Source: Callorhinchus milii
Lineage: Eukaryota
NCBI RefSeq assembly: GCF_018977255.1
Contig: NW_024704742.1
Span: 119,166,001-119,230,000 of the forward strand
DNA: 64,000 bases
Reading direction: 5' to 3'
Part shown: piece by piece, positions 27,130 through 62,900 of the stretch
Numbering within the stretch: the first letter of the stretch is position 1
Layout of the letters: each line of letters opens with the position of its first letter
Notes under the pieces: generated by a model
What the model saw: the letters and a program-made list of their open reading frames with translations, nothing else
What the model was told of the DNA's origin: nothing
Databases searched by the model: none
Made by a program: the position numbers and the translations under genes

Positions 27130-28396
27130 CCTTATGATAGCCAAATACATGAATTATAGCAACTTGAAACAATACAACTTTATCAAACCTAAAGCTTAAG
27201 CATAGAGTTTTATGAGGTTGCACTTGACAGTGATGGTGTTGCCTTCAGACAAGCCAGTCCCACTATCCTCCCGATATTTTAAAATAAACCAAAGTAAGCG
27301 ATAGGCTTTTTAAACAAAGCAATTTTGGCTACTTTACAAACATCATTCAACAAGTGGAGTTCTTGAAATTTCTAAAGATTGAAAAAAATAGCAGCATTTT
27401 GGGCAGCAACTGCAGTCTCACGGTGACAAATCACACAATATGAATGACTATCGGTCATTTACATAGCAGGGTGAATTTGTTTAGTTGCATCCAGCATATT
27501 GTGGAAAGTAACCTGTCAAATAAAAATGTAAAACTGTAAAAGGACAACTGAATTTTGTCGCATATGAGAAGAACGGGACAAGGAGTAGGAGGAAAGAGGT
27601 CTTTAAAACGCCCAACTTCAGCATAATTTCTGCAACTACAATTTATTACTTCAAGAAATGATATGGCTCATTATTAATTACAAATTAACATCCTTTCAGA
27701 TCAGTCTTGCTAAGTTCTGCATCTCCATATGAAAATGGATCTTTTAGAGATGCAACATTGAACAAAAATGGCACACAATGCATTTTTTTTAAAAAAAGCA
27801 CACAAAGCACCACAGCAGTAGTACCATTAAAACAAAGAAGCATGACACATTTTAAAGGAGCAAAGCTTCTTCAAGATACAGCTATAGCAATGCAAAATAC
27901 AGAAGAAACACCATAGACAGACAGAAACAAACGAGTTTCAATACAGAGGGAAAATCTGTGCGCATAACCGGTTTGAACACTAAAACACTGAATAGTTTTT
28001 AATTACATCTGTAAAGCCCACTACACATGGTACCTTTGGAAGAGCTTAAATAATGATGCATGCTCGTGGAACCATAATTACTCTGTTGCAGTTTTCTGCA
28101 TCTAGATTGTTTCACACTACCAACTGCATAAAACATTCTGAAAGTTACAAATATACGGCAAAAAGAGCAACAGGGTTAGTGGTACACACAACAGGAAAAT
28201 GATACTAAAGCTTCTAAACCCAACTCTAGCTGAAACTTAGTGGAAAGCTCAATACTGTGAATTCAATAACTCCATCCTTATACCGTTGCTAAATTAAGTG
28301 ACCAGTACCATTTCCCATACCATGCTGATGAAGCCTAAAATTCTTTACTTTTTGGACCATCAAGAAGTTTGTGTATTGTACTTATTTATAAGTGAA

Positions 28397-29480
28397 AACA
28401 ACAACTTGCACATATATAGCGCCTTCCACAGAGGGTAGAGTCTGAGCGCTTAACAGTGACGGAGCCTGACTCTGAGGCAGGGGTGGAGGGGAGGTGACTG
28501 TAAGCACGGCCGAAAAGGAAGGTTTTCAGTCGGGACTTGAAAAATGGGAGGGTGTTCCACAGTTTTGTGGCTTAGTGGCTGAAAGCGCGACCTCCAATGG
28601 TGGAGCGGAGGGTGCAACGGATAAGCAGGAGGCCGATGCCAGTTGAGCGGAGGCGATGGGGGGGGGGGGGAGTGAAGGGGTCAGAGTTAGGGAGGTGCCA
28701 GGGAGTGAAGGGATTTGAACACGTGAGGATCTTGAAGTCGATCCATTTGGTGATGGGGAGCCAGTGAAGTCTGGCCAGAACTGGTGAGATGTGGGCATGG
28801 AGTTTGGTCCGGGTTAGTATGCCGGCAGCAGAGAATGAGCTGGAATTTTTGAATGGTGGAGCTGGGGAGACCGGCGAGGAGTGCATTTTGAGTAATCCAG
28901 GCGAGAGATGTCAAATGCATGCACGAGGGTTTCGGCTGCATTTGAGGTAAGGTATGGTTGGAGGCAGGCAATGTGGTGGAGGTCCAGGAAAGATCCGCAG
29001 GAGTGAAAACATTGACGGGAGCCAAAGAGTATGGCTAACGTCTTGTCCACATTCAGCTGCAGGAAGTTTACACTCATCCAGGCCCTGATGTCTACCAGAC
29101 AAGCTAATAGAACATCGGTGGACCTGGAGTCAATGCTGGAGGAGGCTAAGTAGATTTGTGTGTCATTCGCATACATGTGGACGTTTTCCCGTGTCTGTGG
29201 ATGACATCCACAAGAAGGAGCATATGGATGAGGAAAAGAATGGAGGATGGATCCAAGGATGGAGCCCTGGGGTACCCTGCAGGTGACTGGGCGGGGCCAG
29301 GGGGAGAAACCATTTACCAAGATGAAGTGCAGGCGGTTGGTTAAGTAGGACTCGAACCATGCAAGTGCGATCCCACTAAGGTGGATGAGGGAGGAGAGGC
29401 GGTGGAGGAGGATGGCGCGGTCGACTGTGTTGAATGCGGCAGAGAGATCCAGGAGGACGAGAGGGCAGAGGACGAGGAGG
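28397..29480 (-). mobile_element. L2 LINE fragment inside the probable PIK3R1 3'UTR
   Basis: VPQGSILG, HMYANDTQIY, WMSVNFLQLNVDKT, SRLDYS, RLHWLPI; (TTG) tail. Confidence 0.92.
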
Positions 29481-31668
29481 AAAAATCCACATTAATGGTG
29501 AACAAATCCTCACGATTCTTAAGTTTACTAACAGGACCTTCTTTTTGAAAGTAAGCTATCACTATACTGTACTTTGCAGTTCTGGAGAACCAATAAAGCA
29601 ATATTACATTTTCACTTGATTGTCCTTTAGCAGGATTCAGACTTGGTCTCTGATGAAGACAACTGAAGTTGCATAGTTTATGAATACTGGTTAGGAAATA
29701 TACCAATATTGTGAAGATTTCTCAAAAATGATATTTCAAAGTTTACCATGATTATTTACCCCTGTAAATGTTAGCTAGATTTTTTTTACCTTAAAAAAAG
29801 TATCAATTAGTTAATTGCCATTCACTATCTCCTACCTTTCTAAATTTTCTACGGAAGTTTCTGCTTTTCATGCAGGCTCCTTTAGTAGAACAATAAGGTT
29901 TGGAAGACCCAACTCTATGACTACAGTGAATGCAGCCGTTGTAGCCTCCAGAAGTAGACTTGTAGGTGACAAACCAATTATTTTACAATTTTTACTTCCT
30001 CAAAGACGAAGTAAACAACAATATTCGTCTTGCTCCCCAGCCGAATACTTACAAAACTCACTTATAGGTATTGCTGGGTGTACTTGAGCACTGCCAGACC
30101 TCAGACGTGAACCTATACCCATCTTTTTTGAGAGGCTGGCATTCCCTTGTGTTAGGAGGTGGCCTCAAGCAGTTCAAACTTAATAAGATAACAAATATAG
30201 ATATTTTGGCTTTAGTTCAGGAGTTGCAAAATGTGCACGATTTTGGTGTTTATATCACAAAATACCATTTTTTGTTGTTAGTGTGAAACAATGAAGTATA
30301 TTAAAACAGTGCAATGAGCTCAGTATGTTAAAGAACTATGACTCTGATATCAAGACATGACATTTTCCACTAACACGCGCCAGGCCATTAGGTACTCTTG
30401 TTCAACTAAAACCAATCCAGGCCTGAAGTTACACACAGAAAAAAATTACTCCTGAAAAGGTTAAGGCCTGGCATGACTTTTTGATTTTTTTTGTTGTTGA
30501 CATTTTAGTGTCTTACACATACAAAGCATGGTTGCCTGCTAGTAGAAGGTGGCAATATGGAAATGTTTGAGACATTTAAAAAAGCACCATCAAAGATAGT
30601 AATGGGAAGCATGTTGGATGCTTTTTTTTAAAAAAGTTACTTGGCTGACATAACTAAGTGAGCTAATCCAACTGTTAACAAAATTATACAGAATTAACTG
30701 TTTCTCATTAACTTTAGAAGCTGCGATCACAGGCACCTTTTGTGTTTTGAAAATACCCAAACTGAACAGCGTTACAATAATATGACAAAACTTATAGGCA
30801 ACAACAAAAGCTTATATTGTGAGTACTTTTTGAAAATATGCAATATGTAGCCTTGCATAGCCATGTCTGAAAAACATTCTGCATTAAAATAGGAACAAAA
30901 AATGCAAAATATGATGTGGTTAGATTGATACCATTTTACTTGATCTAACTCTCCCAGACCGACGTAGCCTATACACATTATGTACAATGATTTTATATAC
31001 TGTGTGCCACTTTTTTTTTTGAAGTCATCTTCTTCAGGTCTTTAACAGTTTATAAAGCAGGCGTAAAAGGCCTGAATATACAAATCTGGCACTTGGTTTT
31101 GAGCGTTCTGTTCCTCCTCCTCTTCCCCCCTCTCCAGAAATATTCCCTTTAGGTTTCTCATCTTGAAACCAGTATAGATTTCCAAAGTGCTTGTTACACA
31201 TCACAACGTCCTTATTTGTTTTTTTAAACAAGTCATTTATATTTGAACCATTGTCCAGTCTGGATAAAATGGATACACCACCACTGGATAATTCATTTCT
31301 TATTTTTTCCTCCAATGTTCTTGCTTCAAATTCTTTTAACATCTCCCTGGATTTGCAGTGTCCGAAGTTCCAGCTGGTAAATTTTCTTGAAGAATGTAAA
31401 CAAGCACCAATAAAAAAGGCCTCAACATCCCCAAAAGGAGATCATTTTGCAGTCCTCCATTCATTTGTGCTTCCTTAAAAGCACTTTAGGAATTTACATT
31501 CACAGCTCCACATGGTTCTCTCCCAGTTAAATCTGTAGAAAGCTCGATTCAGCAATGCACATGAAACTGGTTTGTCACTTCAACAGCAGTCAAGCTGAAT
31601 CAGAGCAAAGGAGTAGGAGCTGATTTGAAGACCATAGTCCAGCAATCAAAAGCCAGAGTGTTCAGTGT

Positions 31669-53125
<21,457 letters not shown>

Positions 53126-53486
53126 CTGGAGAAGTAAAACATTAGGTTTTAGTTAATGTTTCAAAGAACTAAACATAATAAACCTGCAACATGAGCTTTT
53201 AAATTTTAAACCTTAAATAAATGTGCATTATTGACTTACAGCTCTGTGTCAATATTGCAAACGCATCTCCTCTATCAAACTCGCAACAACGTACGGACTG
53301 AATTCACGAAGCACTTTATTCTTGTTACCACGTATATCACGAGAAAAACTTTTTGGCACAATGTTTAAATTTTACTTCCAATAGATAAGGGACTTTGAGC
53401 GATTTATCACCAGATCAGATGAAGACCTTCAAAGTCCATTCTGATTCGCTGAGCTGGTTACTCCTCCAAAAATTCAACTTTATATA

Positions 53487-54344
53487 CAGTGAACTTCTGA
53501 TAATAAGACCCTGGCTTTTATCATCATGCTGTCAACATCCCAGCTGCTTCCCATGCAAAATGTGAATAAGGGACTCCTCCCTTTATTTCATCACTTGCTT
53601 TTAAAGTTACATTCCATACATCCCAGTAAGTAAAATATTGGATACATCATCAGATAGAACTAACCGACACTGCTCAGCCAGGCGTACCCCAAGCCAGGGC
53701 CCCTCAGGGAACTCTTGCGATTTTAAAACGTCGACTATCTGACTCTGACTATCACAGACTATTTTCCCCAAGTAGATTGAAATCATGACAGCATTTTGTG
53801 AGCTACTTTATTAATTTCTGATTTGCAGTTGCTTAGTGGCTTTAAGTTGTATTACTCTAATTATAATGCTAGAATGACCGAGTGGCAAAGTGACTAAACT
53901 CACCCGGTGAACCTGTGCTCTTGTGTGAATTACAGAACCTTGCAAGTTAGGGAGGGAAAGTACATTTGTAGGGATGACTGTTTGCCATCTTTTGTAATGT
54001 TGAAAATAAAATATGGTGTATTTTGTTGTTTGCAAATTGTTTATTACATAAAAATGTTTGGTGTTCACATTTAATCTGGAAAATGTCTTTGTTCTTTAAT
54101 ACACTATAGTACATCTCCTGAGAAGTGAATAATTTCCAATTCAAAAACAGAAATAAGTGATAGGAAACAAAAAAATAAGCACATTTATAGACACACAATG
54201 CGGGCACAACGTGTGTTGCTCTAGGTCCTCCAGACCACAGCACCTCCTCGTGCTCCTTGAGGATTCATGCCTATATCGTTACCTTGGATCCAGAGTCACT
54301 GAGCCCTTTTCCTTTGGAGTGAACAATATTTCAGGAGTTTACTG
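53487..54344. mobile_element. Longer non-autonomous Tigger-like element related to the 749-908 MITE
   Basis: TA|CAGTGAACTTCTGA ... TCAGGAGTTTACTG|TA. The right ~55 bp (cccttttcctttggagtga...ggagtttactg) resemble 855-908. Confidence 0.5.
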
Positions 54345-57300
54345 TAACTCACCTTATAATTTGAATCTAAATATTACCAAATTATCACCTTTATGAATTA
54401 GGAAACTTAATTAGCGGTAAAATTATACATTTTTAGGATTACAAATAATGATTTGGATATTCATGGTCTGGTCGCACATAGCTGAGTGAGCTAAATGTGC
54501 TAACTGGCTCATACAAAATTTCTGCATGCTTAAAGCAAGATGATAGGTCTCAATAGGCCCCCGAGAAGCAGTTTGAAGTTGAACTATTTTTCCCTCCAAA
54601 AAGTATGGCATTTATGAATAATAATAATAAACTGTATATTTATAAACTGTCATTTATAAACTGCGAAGGTTAAAAAAAAAACACAGCACAAAGTGATGGT
54701 AAATACATATCACCAACACCCCTAAATTATTTCTGTTGAAAAGAAATGCAAGGTTTGGTCAGCACGATCGTATTAAGTTGAATGTTGACAAGACAGAGGC
54801 TCTCCTGCTTTGCATGTCCTTCCAACATGAAAGGCACTCTATGAATGTAAATTTGTTGCTGGAAGTTGAGCACTTTAGTAAAATGCAACAAGCACAGTTT
54901 ATGCATTTGCAGGTACGATCTGAAGGTCTAGCTGCAGAATATATATTGGTATATAACATCTAACAAATAGCTTTCTTTAAAATTAATGTACATGTGTACA
55001 TCAACACAAGAGGGCACTCCATTGCAATCAAATGTAGTAATCTTGATTGCACAAAGAGGAGTTAACAATGTCAATCAACCAGGGTCTACCTTTGGATCAC
55101 TATTGAACAATACTCTGCTGGATTGGGCACTTACATGGATTCCATCGACATCTTGTCATGACAAAAATTGGGGTCAGCTATAATGCCCTCTCCCACAGTC
55201 AAACAGCCTGCTGATACATAGTCTAGGCTCACCTGGATGCAGTATGTGAAGAAAATTGTGTCCAGAAACTAGTCAAAAAGGGCTAAAAATAGAGTTCACA
55301 TGTAGAAGAGGTATTGGTTTTCAAAATATGAAAGTGTTATTTTAAAAAAAAGCGGTGTATCAGAAATATTTTAATTTTGCTCCCAATTAATTTGCAGTGA
55401 ATTTGCTAAACAAGTTGTATTAAAATAAACTTTTAATATTAAGAACTCACTACAACACACAGACATCTTTCTCCCCCCAAATAATTCCATTACATTGTTT
55501 CAAATCTGGAAATTACATTTAAATTAAGAATTTATTTCCCCAACCTGGAAAAATAAGTGTACATACATAAACATCTCCTTGCTCCATTCTTCCTTTGGAT
55601 TTGAATCCAAGCAATTTAGTACATTTCCATGCCTATATTATTATACTGTTATATAGTAAACATGTACAAGTCTGATCTGTATAAATTGTATAATCGCCCA
55701 AGTCCCATTCAAGAGTTATATTCTATGCAGGTTTGACGTAACTCATACTTTGCACATGATACGACTAATGTGAGGTTTACTATACAGTAGTTACCGTGCT
55801 TACCAGATGAGGGCACTGCTACTGCATCTCATCTCTTTTGCAACTAAATGTAGGGCTATATTAAGTGCAGCAGGAGGAACAGTTCATAAACTAACTGGAG
55901 TCTTATTGATGTTTAAACAGAAACTGTAACAGGAAACTGAACTGAGGTGGAACTGGAACTTACTGGAATAGCATAAATCACGGTACTGCCCTTTCGGAAT
56001 ACTGTTTTATTGTAAACAGTAGAACAGCTATGGTTGCATAGCACATTCTTTACCACATGCACCTTTTCTATGTACATTACTTTGTACATGGGTCCTTTTT
56101 CTAAAGAGTAAAAACATTTAAAGGAGTTTGTGTTTTGATAGAATTTCACTTAGTATTGCCTGTTAGTTTGTTCATTGATTCTTTTACCCTCACGTCTTTA
56201 GAAGTTTTAAAGCTGAAAGAACTGCATTCTCCTTTTTCACCCTCCAAAACTGCATTCACTAACTTTAGATGTAAACGTTTTATTACAACTTTTGAATGTT
56301 TGATAGTAAAAATAAATTCTGAATCATTAGACATAATTTGTTTATTAATTTGATCTGTAATTAGCTTTTCATAACAATCAAGTAATTCATACCAGCAAAT
56401 TACAATGCTTTGTAAAATTAGTAAGTGAATGCAGAATCCATCACTAAACAGATATTCAACTAGTAGTTAATGTACTTCTACAGACAAATACAGCCCATTT
56501 GTAACACGAGAGGTGAGGTGGATGGAGACAGATAAAAGACTGGGTCTTACATATTTTCCAAAGTAGTATTTCCTTTTAGGAAATGCAACATTTGCTGCTT
56601 CAATTTTGAACTTTCATAGAGCTCCATGCTGCCAAGAAGCTTGCTATAAAGCTCTAGTCACTGTAAGTAAGCTTTTCTTTGGAAGCACTGATTGATGCAA
56701 GACTTTTATACCGACAAACATTCATTTAAACAGCAATTTTGTAACCAAAAATCATATTTTAAATATCTCAATGTATACTTCCTGAAAGTGACATTTACTT
56801 GTCTTTGCCATTAAATGTAACTTTGTGTAGATTAATTATTTAACTTTAGATTTTAATACGACAAAAGTTTGCACGGCAAAGGTACAGTGTACAAACTTCA
56901 AACGGTTGTATTCAAATAAGCTGAACTTATTTGGGCATTAAACATCCATATATGACTATCTGCCTTCTTAAAAGGAAATAATATTTCAGATTTGAACCTG
57001 CTTTGCATTATTTAAATTTGAACCTGAAGGCAACAGACATATTGGCAGTAATAACACATGCACAGTCACAAGATGCAAGTGTGCAAGAAAGACGATTTAG
57101 GTCAATAAATAAATACAATGAAACCTTGATTATCCACAGGCCCTTCATTGAAAAGCAAAATTAATGATGTGTGAAATGCTTGGTGTAATGTAACATGCAA
57201 AAGAAAGTAATTTTTGCACCATTTCAAATTAAAAGTGGAAAATACAGTGTAAATTCTCATGAAAAGTCAAAATGAATTATTAAAGACAGATCAAGGTTAC

Positions 57301-60300
57301 ACTGTATCTTAGAATTAAATTGCTTAAAACAATTCCATATTTTACCTATAGTTCCTGAACAAAATTGTAAGCAAAGCTAAAAGTTTTAAATCACAATATG
57401 TAAGCAATCAAACTGAAATAATTATTTAACCTGCTGCATGCAGGAATAGGTCAAACCAGGATTGAAAACAAATCTACTTTTTCTTTCAAATTTACGCTTT
57501 GCGACCATGTGGGTTTCTTTTACTGGGAAGTTATATACGTGAAGAATAAAAGTTATAGTTCTCTCTGTTTCATGGAAAACTATTTCAATGAAGGTTCAAA
57601 TCTGAAATATTACTGTTCTAGCTAACACTCATAAAATGCGAAAGAACTCAGATTATTCCAATGTCAATATTTCAGGCGTGGATGTACGAATGCGTGTACA
57701 TGAACTTGGACTCCTAGCAGCTGTCGCAACAGGTATCTGGCAGACATCTGCCTTCAGCAAGCTGGGAGGACCTTTACAGGACAGGCAGCTTGTGATGTGC
57801 CAGCCACCTTGGTATTCGGGGTCCAAGTCCAATCTCATGTGCCAGGCTTACTCAGCACCAGCTGCTTAATTGTTTGCATACAATTCTTGTATGCCGCAAG
57901 CTTGACCTGCAGTGAGACCTTGCTGTCTCTAAAGAGGGACGAGCATGATCAGAGTGTCTTTTGCACCTTCTCAGTCCTTCAGGACAATGTCCAGGCAAGC
58001 GTTAGTGTCTACCACGACCCTGGTACCAATAAGGAATCAACAAGTGGGATTGATCATCTGATTGAGAGAAAGCTTGCAGAAAGGTAAACAGTTGCCGTTT
58101 AAACTCCACACCTCCAATTGGTGGAACCATCACTCAATGGAAAGTGGTGTTCCCAAGCGATGGCCAGGAAGATGGTGGAAACGCACTCACACAATTCATG
58201 CTGAGCTGTGTGGTCACCACGGAGTTCCTGGTACCTGCCATCCACCTAGTGAAGGCTCAAACCCGCGCTTATTGGATGACAGGTGGGTCCGCAGTATAAG
58301 GCATTCCCACTGACAGCATAGCCAGCCTGGGTCATCTGCAGGACTTGGAAGGGCAAAACAATCAGTGGGGGCAGGGTTTCAAGCCAAAGCCCTAATGGGT
58401 AGGGTGGTCCTAGCTGGACAAGCAGTGGGAAAACTTGTCAGGCAGTTCTCTCAATGACAAGTTATGTGGTTTTAGCTGGTTAGACTCCAGCAGTGCCCCA
58501 CCTCACACTCTGGTGTCCCCAAGTCTTGGCTCTTGCCAACCTGCACCTAATACTTTCCAGAATTAGGTAAGCAGGATGTGTCCCTCCAGGGAGAGAGCGT
58601 GCATTCCATTCCAACAATTTATCTCTGGAATTTCCATATGTAGGTGGGATGTATGGAATTCTCAGTTTGGGTTGGATTCTCTTAAGCATGTTGACGGGTG
58701 TCCGCATATGTCAAAACATCCGGCTGATCAAAAAAAGTCGATATTTACTTTGGTTAGGATACAGAATTTAATTCCTTACGTCCCACCAGGAAGATTTGGG
58801 TTAAGGTTTTTTTCAATAAACGGCATTAAGCCCAGATATACTTGAACACAACCAGGACAATTTTTTCCTCATTCGACTGAGCTGATGCTCAGCATGCAAC
58901 TTTTGCATAATTGCTTATATGATTAAAATTTATAATGGCCCATATAATTTATAAAATATTTGCCTACAAAGTACAGTTACTACCCATTACAGAAAAGTAT
59001 TAAGACTTTGTCATGATAAGGTGCTATGTTAAATGCAACAATTATAAGTGAACAAGAAACCCAAATCAGTCATACTCAGACAATTACTGCACAAGGTATG
59101 TAGCAGGAATAAAATCATTTCCATGGAGACAGACTATATAGCAGGTGCTATTTAGCTACTGTAACAATGTGAGGATATCCTATTTCTGCTTTTTTGCCGT
59201 ACATTGCTCAATACTTCCGCCTTTTCCGTCTGCAGTATTCCGGACAACTTCCTTCTACATGTGAAGAGTATAAATGCGTAATCGGTTTATTGTTTTACCG
59301 TGCATGACACATAAACACATACAACTATGTAGAGAAAAAGACAAACCTTTCCAATACAACAGGACATCTCATTTTCAAGTTTCAATTAACAAAGGTCTCA
59401 ATAATTGCTCTGGTAATCTCTCTAAAGCCCAAATCAATTACTGCTTCCACTGCAGAAAGTTACTGTAAACACACTTGTCTTAAATGGGTCTAAAACAGTT
59501 AAAAATAATGTATAGTGGCCACTAACTAGATTCCTTCAATCTACTTAGCAGTGATCCAATCACAGTAGTTAATCACACGATGCATTCTGGTAATCTAGGT
59601 GTGCTAATCCTACAGAATGGAAGTCTTTGTGCATCATCAGAGTGGATTCTTAACTGTCCAAAGAAGCTAATGATAATCATTCCTGACTACTTGCACTCAC
59701 TCGCACAAGCAGNAAAAAAACACACTGGTGGGAAGCAGGTGCACATACTAAAAATACAATAGAATAAAAATCAAAACTACTTTGCTACTTTGCTTTCCTC
59801 ACACTAAGGTGTCTAGTACTAACTTCCTCAATCAGTTTATTTGCAATTATTCCAATATGAGGGCGGACAGACACAATATTAAATCTTCATAATTAATCGG
59901 AAAACCACCAACAGTTCAATTATTAATTAAATCTATTCTATGAATGACAGTAAACATTAACATTTTGAATTTGTATTGTACAGTATGATGCTTTTTAGCA
60001 AGATAAGTTTATGACAAATTGAAATAACTCACATTTTTGAAGCCTGGTTTGTACACTTCAATAAAGGTTATCCTGAACAGAAATTACAGTAATTGTTATT
60101 TGGTTGTATTTCTGTGTCGAGTTTGGATTTGCATTGTTGTGTACTGTAACTATGTCGCGGTGCATTGTACTACTATCCCATGGATAATGCTAGAAGTGTA
60201 CAGAAAACAGCTTAAATCAAATTGTATGAGAAATTTTAGATGATGCCATTCAAGCCTCCCTCTGACAATGGCCTACTTGGTAAATGCAATATCCAGTATA

Positions 60301-62589
60301 GCACTAAGCCACGTAGACCAGAAGGTTGCATGTTCAATTCCAATCTGTGCTGAGTTAACAGATGTCAGTCGAGGCAGCAGTTTGCTGACAGATCTGTATT
60401 ACCCTGCATTTAAAATACCAGCGGAGATTTCTGCTTTCATACAATAGATTAATTAGAGCCCAAAAGATAGACATGATTTTACTTAAATATGATAAAGACT
60501 CAAATAAATACATCTAGTGGCTCACTTATACTTTAAAATTAATGGCAGTGTTCTGAAAACATGATAATGGTCAGATTTCTATCTTACAAAGAGTAATGTA
60601 TCTGTACTACAGAAAACTGGCAAACAACGATATAACCCTTGAATTTGATACAGTGCCTTATCACGTCGTTGATTATTATGTATTAAAAAATATCTTTAGA
60701 CAATGAGGGCTTTTAGAATTATTTCAACAGTGTCAATAATAAGTGGGGAGACAGAGCTGTTGCAATGATGATTGAGCCTTGGGACACCCTCCTGACATGA
60801 AAGAAGCTACATACATGTGAATTTGTATTGTATGATGCTTTTCAGCAAGAAATATTTTTTATAACAAATGAATTGAATTAACTCACATTTTTGAAGACCT
60901 TATTAAGCTACCACATGAACATTCACAATCGTTTTTCTGTACCAGACATAATACTACTTTGAGACCAGTTTCTCTCCTTATTTGATGGGTCATTCACTTC
61001 ATGGCTGTTTGTCACATTCACCTACAAAATTACAGTATAACCTGTGAAGTGTTATGAGACAATCCTCCCGACAGGAAAGGCACTGTATGAAATGCAACGG
61101 TTATTATTATTATCCAATTTCTGTCAATAGTTCATCCCTTCAGAAACACAACTTGTAAATCAATTAAACAGCAAAAGTTAGCTGATTTAAATTTAAATTA
61201 TGATTAAATTTACTACCATAACCCAAAAACTGATTCAGCTAGAATTGGAATGGACTTGCACTCAGGTTTTAGAAAGTAAACCAAACTAAATTATTTAGAA
61301 TTTAGGTAGCTCAAAGATACTTATGTTACACATTTTAAAAGAGTCAATTTCAGACTACATGCAATACCTGGCTTGAAAAGAAGATTCTGTGATTTTGTAT
61401 GTAGCAGCAAAGTACATGAAAACGATATCAGCTTGTTCTTTACAATTCTTGAAACTTTGTAGATCCCTTTACTGCTGTTTTCAATCAATTTCTCGCTTAG
61501 AGGCAACATGGTTATATAAATGCAGACTGCTTACTCTAGGTCACAGCACTGTGCCTATAAAGGAATCATTAGTCTAACTGGATACTGCAATTGCATTGCA
61601 GGAACATTCAAGCTGTCTATACTCTCAATCATCATGAAGTCTGCAATGGATCTGATGCCAGCCAGGTTAGTGCTAGACTTGTGATGACACATCACAACTG
61701 CCAGATTCCATATGCTCTATTTTTTAACCGGTCTAAGCAACAGCCAATCGTACAAATCTCTCTCAAGCAATCTTCCTATCCATGCTATGGTACTTGGCAA
61801 CCAACCCAAAGTTAAGCAGAACCAGGCAACACTGCCTTGCGTGACAGTACACCCTTAGGTTTGCTAATGCTCTCCAAATCATCTACAGTTTCAAGGGATA
61901 TTCTCAGATGACAACAGCTTTTAGTGGTGTGGAGTTTTTGCAATAAAAACAGCAATAAAAAAGCCTACACTAAAATAGGAGCACGCAATAGCAATGCACG
62001 ACTGATGATACCAATACTGAACTGGTAGTGGAAGACTTATTTTTCTACAAATTGATGGATAATCATTACAGGATTACTCATACCGCAACTGCTATTTTTC
62101 CATTTATACTATATGCATAGTCTCGCCCAGTTATAACGCAATACTTGGGATCCATAAAATTAGACTGCATTATTAACAGGACTTGCTATAGCTAAGCCCC
62201 TCACACTCACTTCCATAATTCCCACTTATGTCATTGCATCAGTGTTCAGGAAGCCTTATAGTCAGCAGCAACACCTCTTACAATAATTCCCCAGGCTTGC
62301 TGCTGGAGGCATGGAAGCCCACTGCGTGTGTACAATAGGTGCAGGAAGCCGGCTATTTAACAATAAAAATAATAATCCTTGCATTTGATATAGCGCCTCA
62401 TCACATCTTCGAGATGTCTCAAAGCACATCATAAAATATACTGTAAAGTGAATTGACTATATATTCTGTGGACTGTATATTTAGCAGTGGCTCCCCCTCA
62501 TGATCGTTTCCAGGATAGTCAATATACTGTGGTCCACTGTTACCATTATATCTGAATCTGGTTGGTAAACAAAACTTATTTATTTAGTT

Positions 62590-62900
62590 ATAATAATAAT
62601 TGCATTTGATATAGCGCCTTATCAAGTCTTTGAGATGTCTCAAAGTGCTTCACAGAATATACTGTAAAGTGAATTGACTGCATATTTTGTGGGCTAAATA
62701 CGGCAGCTAATTGTGGACAGCAGTGTCCGTCCCGCAAACAGTTGTGGATTGAATGACCAATTTATTATTATTATTTTTGAAGGAATTATTACCCCTGGAA
62801 AAGCGATCCACCAATTGACTAACAATCATGTTGGTAAATAGAGGCATGTGGAATAAGGAAACTTGCCCAACCTTTCGGTCTGCCCGGAATTGAACCCAAT
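62590..62900 (-). mobile_element. tRNA-SINE copy (plus a 3' fragment at ~62365-62470 and an L2 tail at ~62940-63035)
   Basis: Reverse-complemented aaggaaacttgcccaa, ggaattgaac B box and L2-type tail. Confidence 0.8.

Larger units (their letters stand above)
27105..31668 (-). other. PIK3R1: Probable long PIK3R1 3'UTR (~4.5 kb)
   Basis: AU-rich sequence with few repeats after the stop, with miRNA seed sites, ending at an AATAAA followed by GU-rich sequence. The end point is inferred. Confidence 0.55.

Noticed and set aside
31034..31342. 102-aa downstream ORF in the PIK3R1 3'UTR
   Set aside because: No recognisable homology, non-ATG start and no splice support; likely chance.
59713..59713. Single N base
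   Set aside because: Assembly ambiguity next to a poly-A run; not biological.
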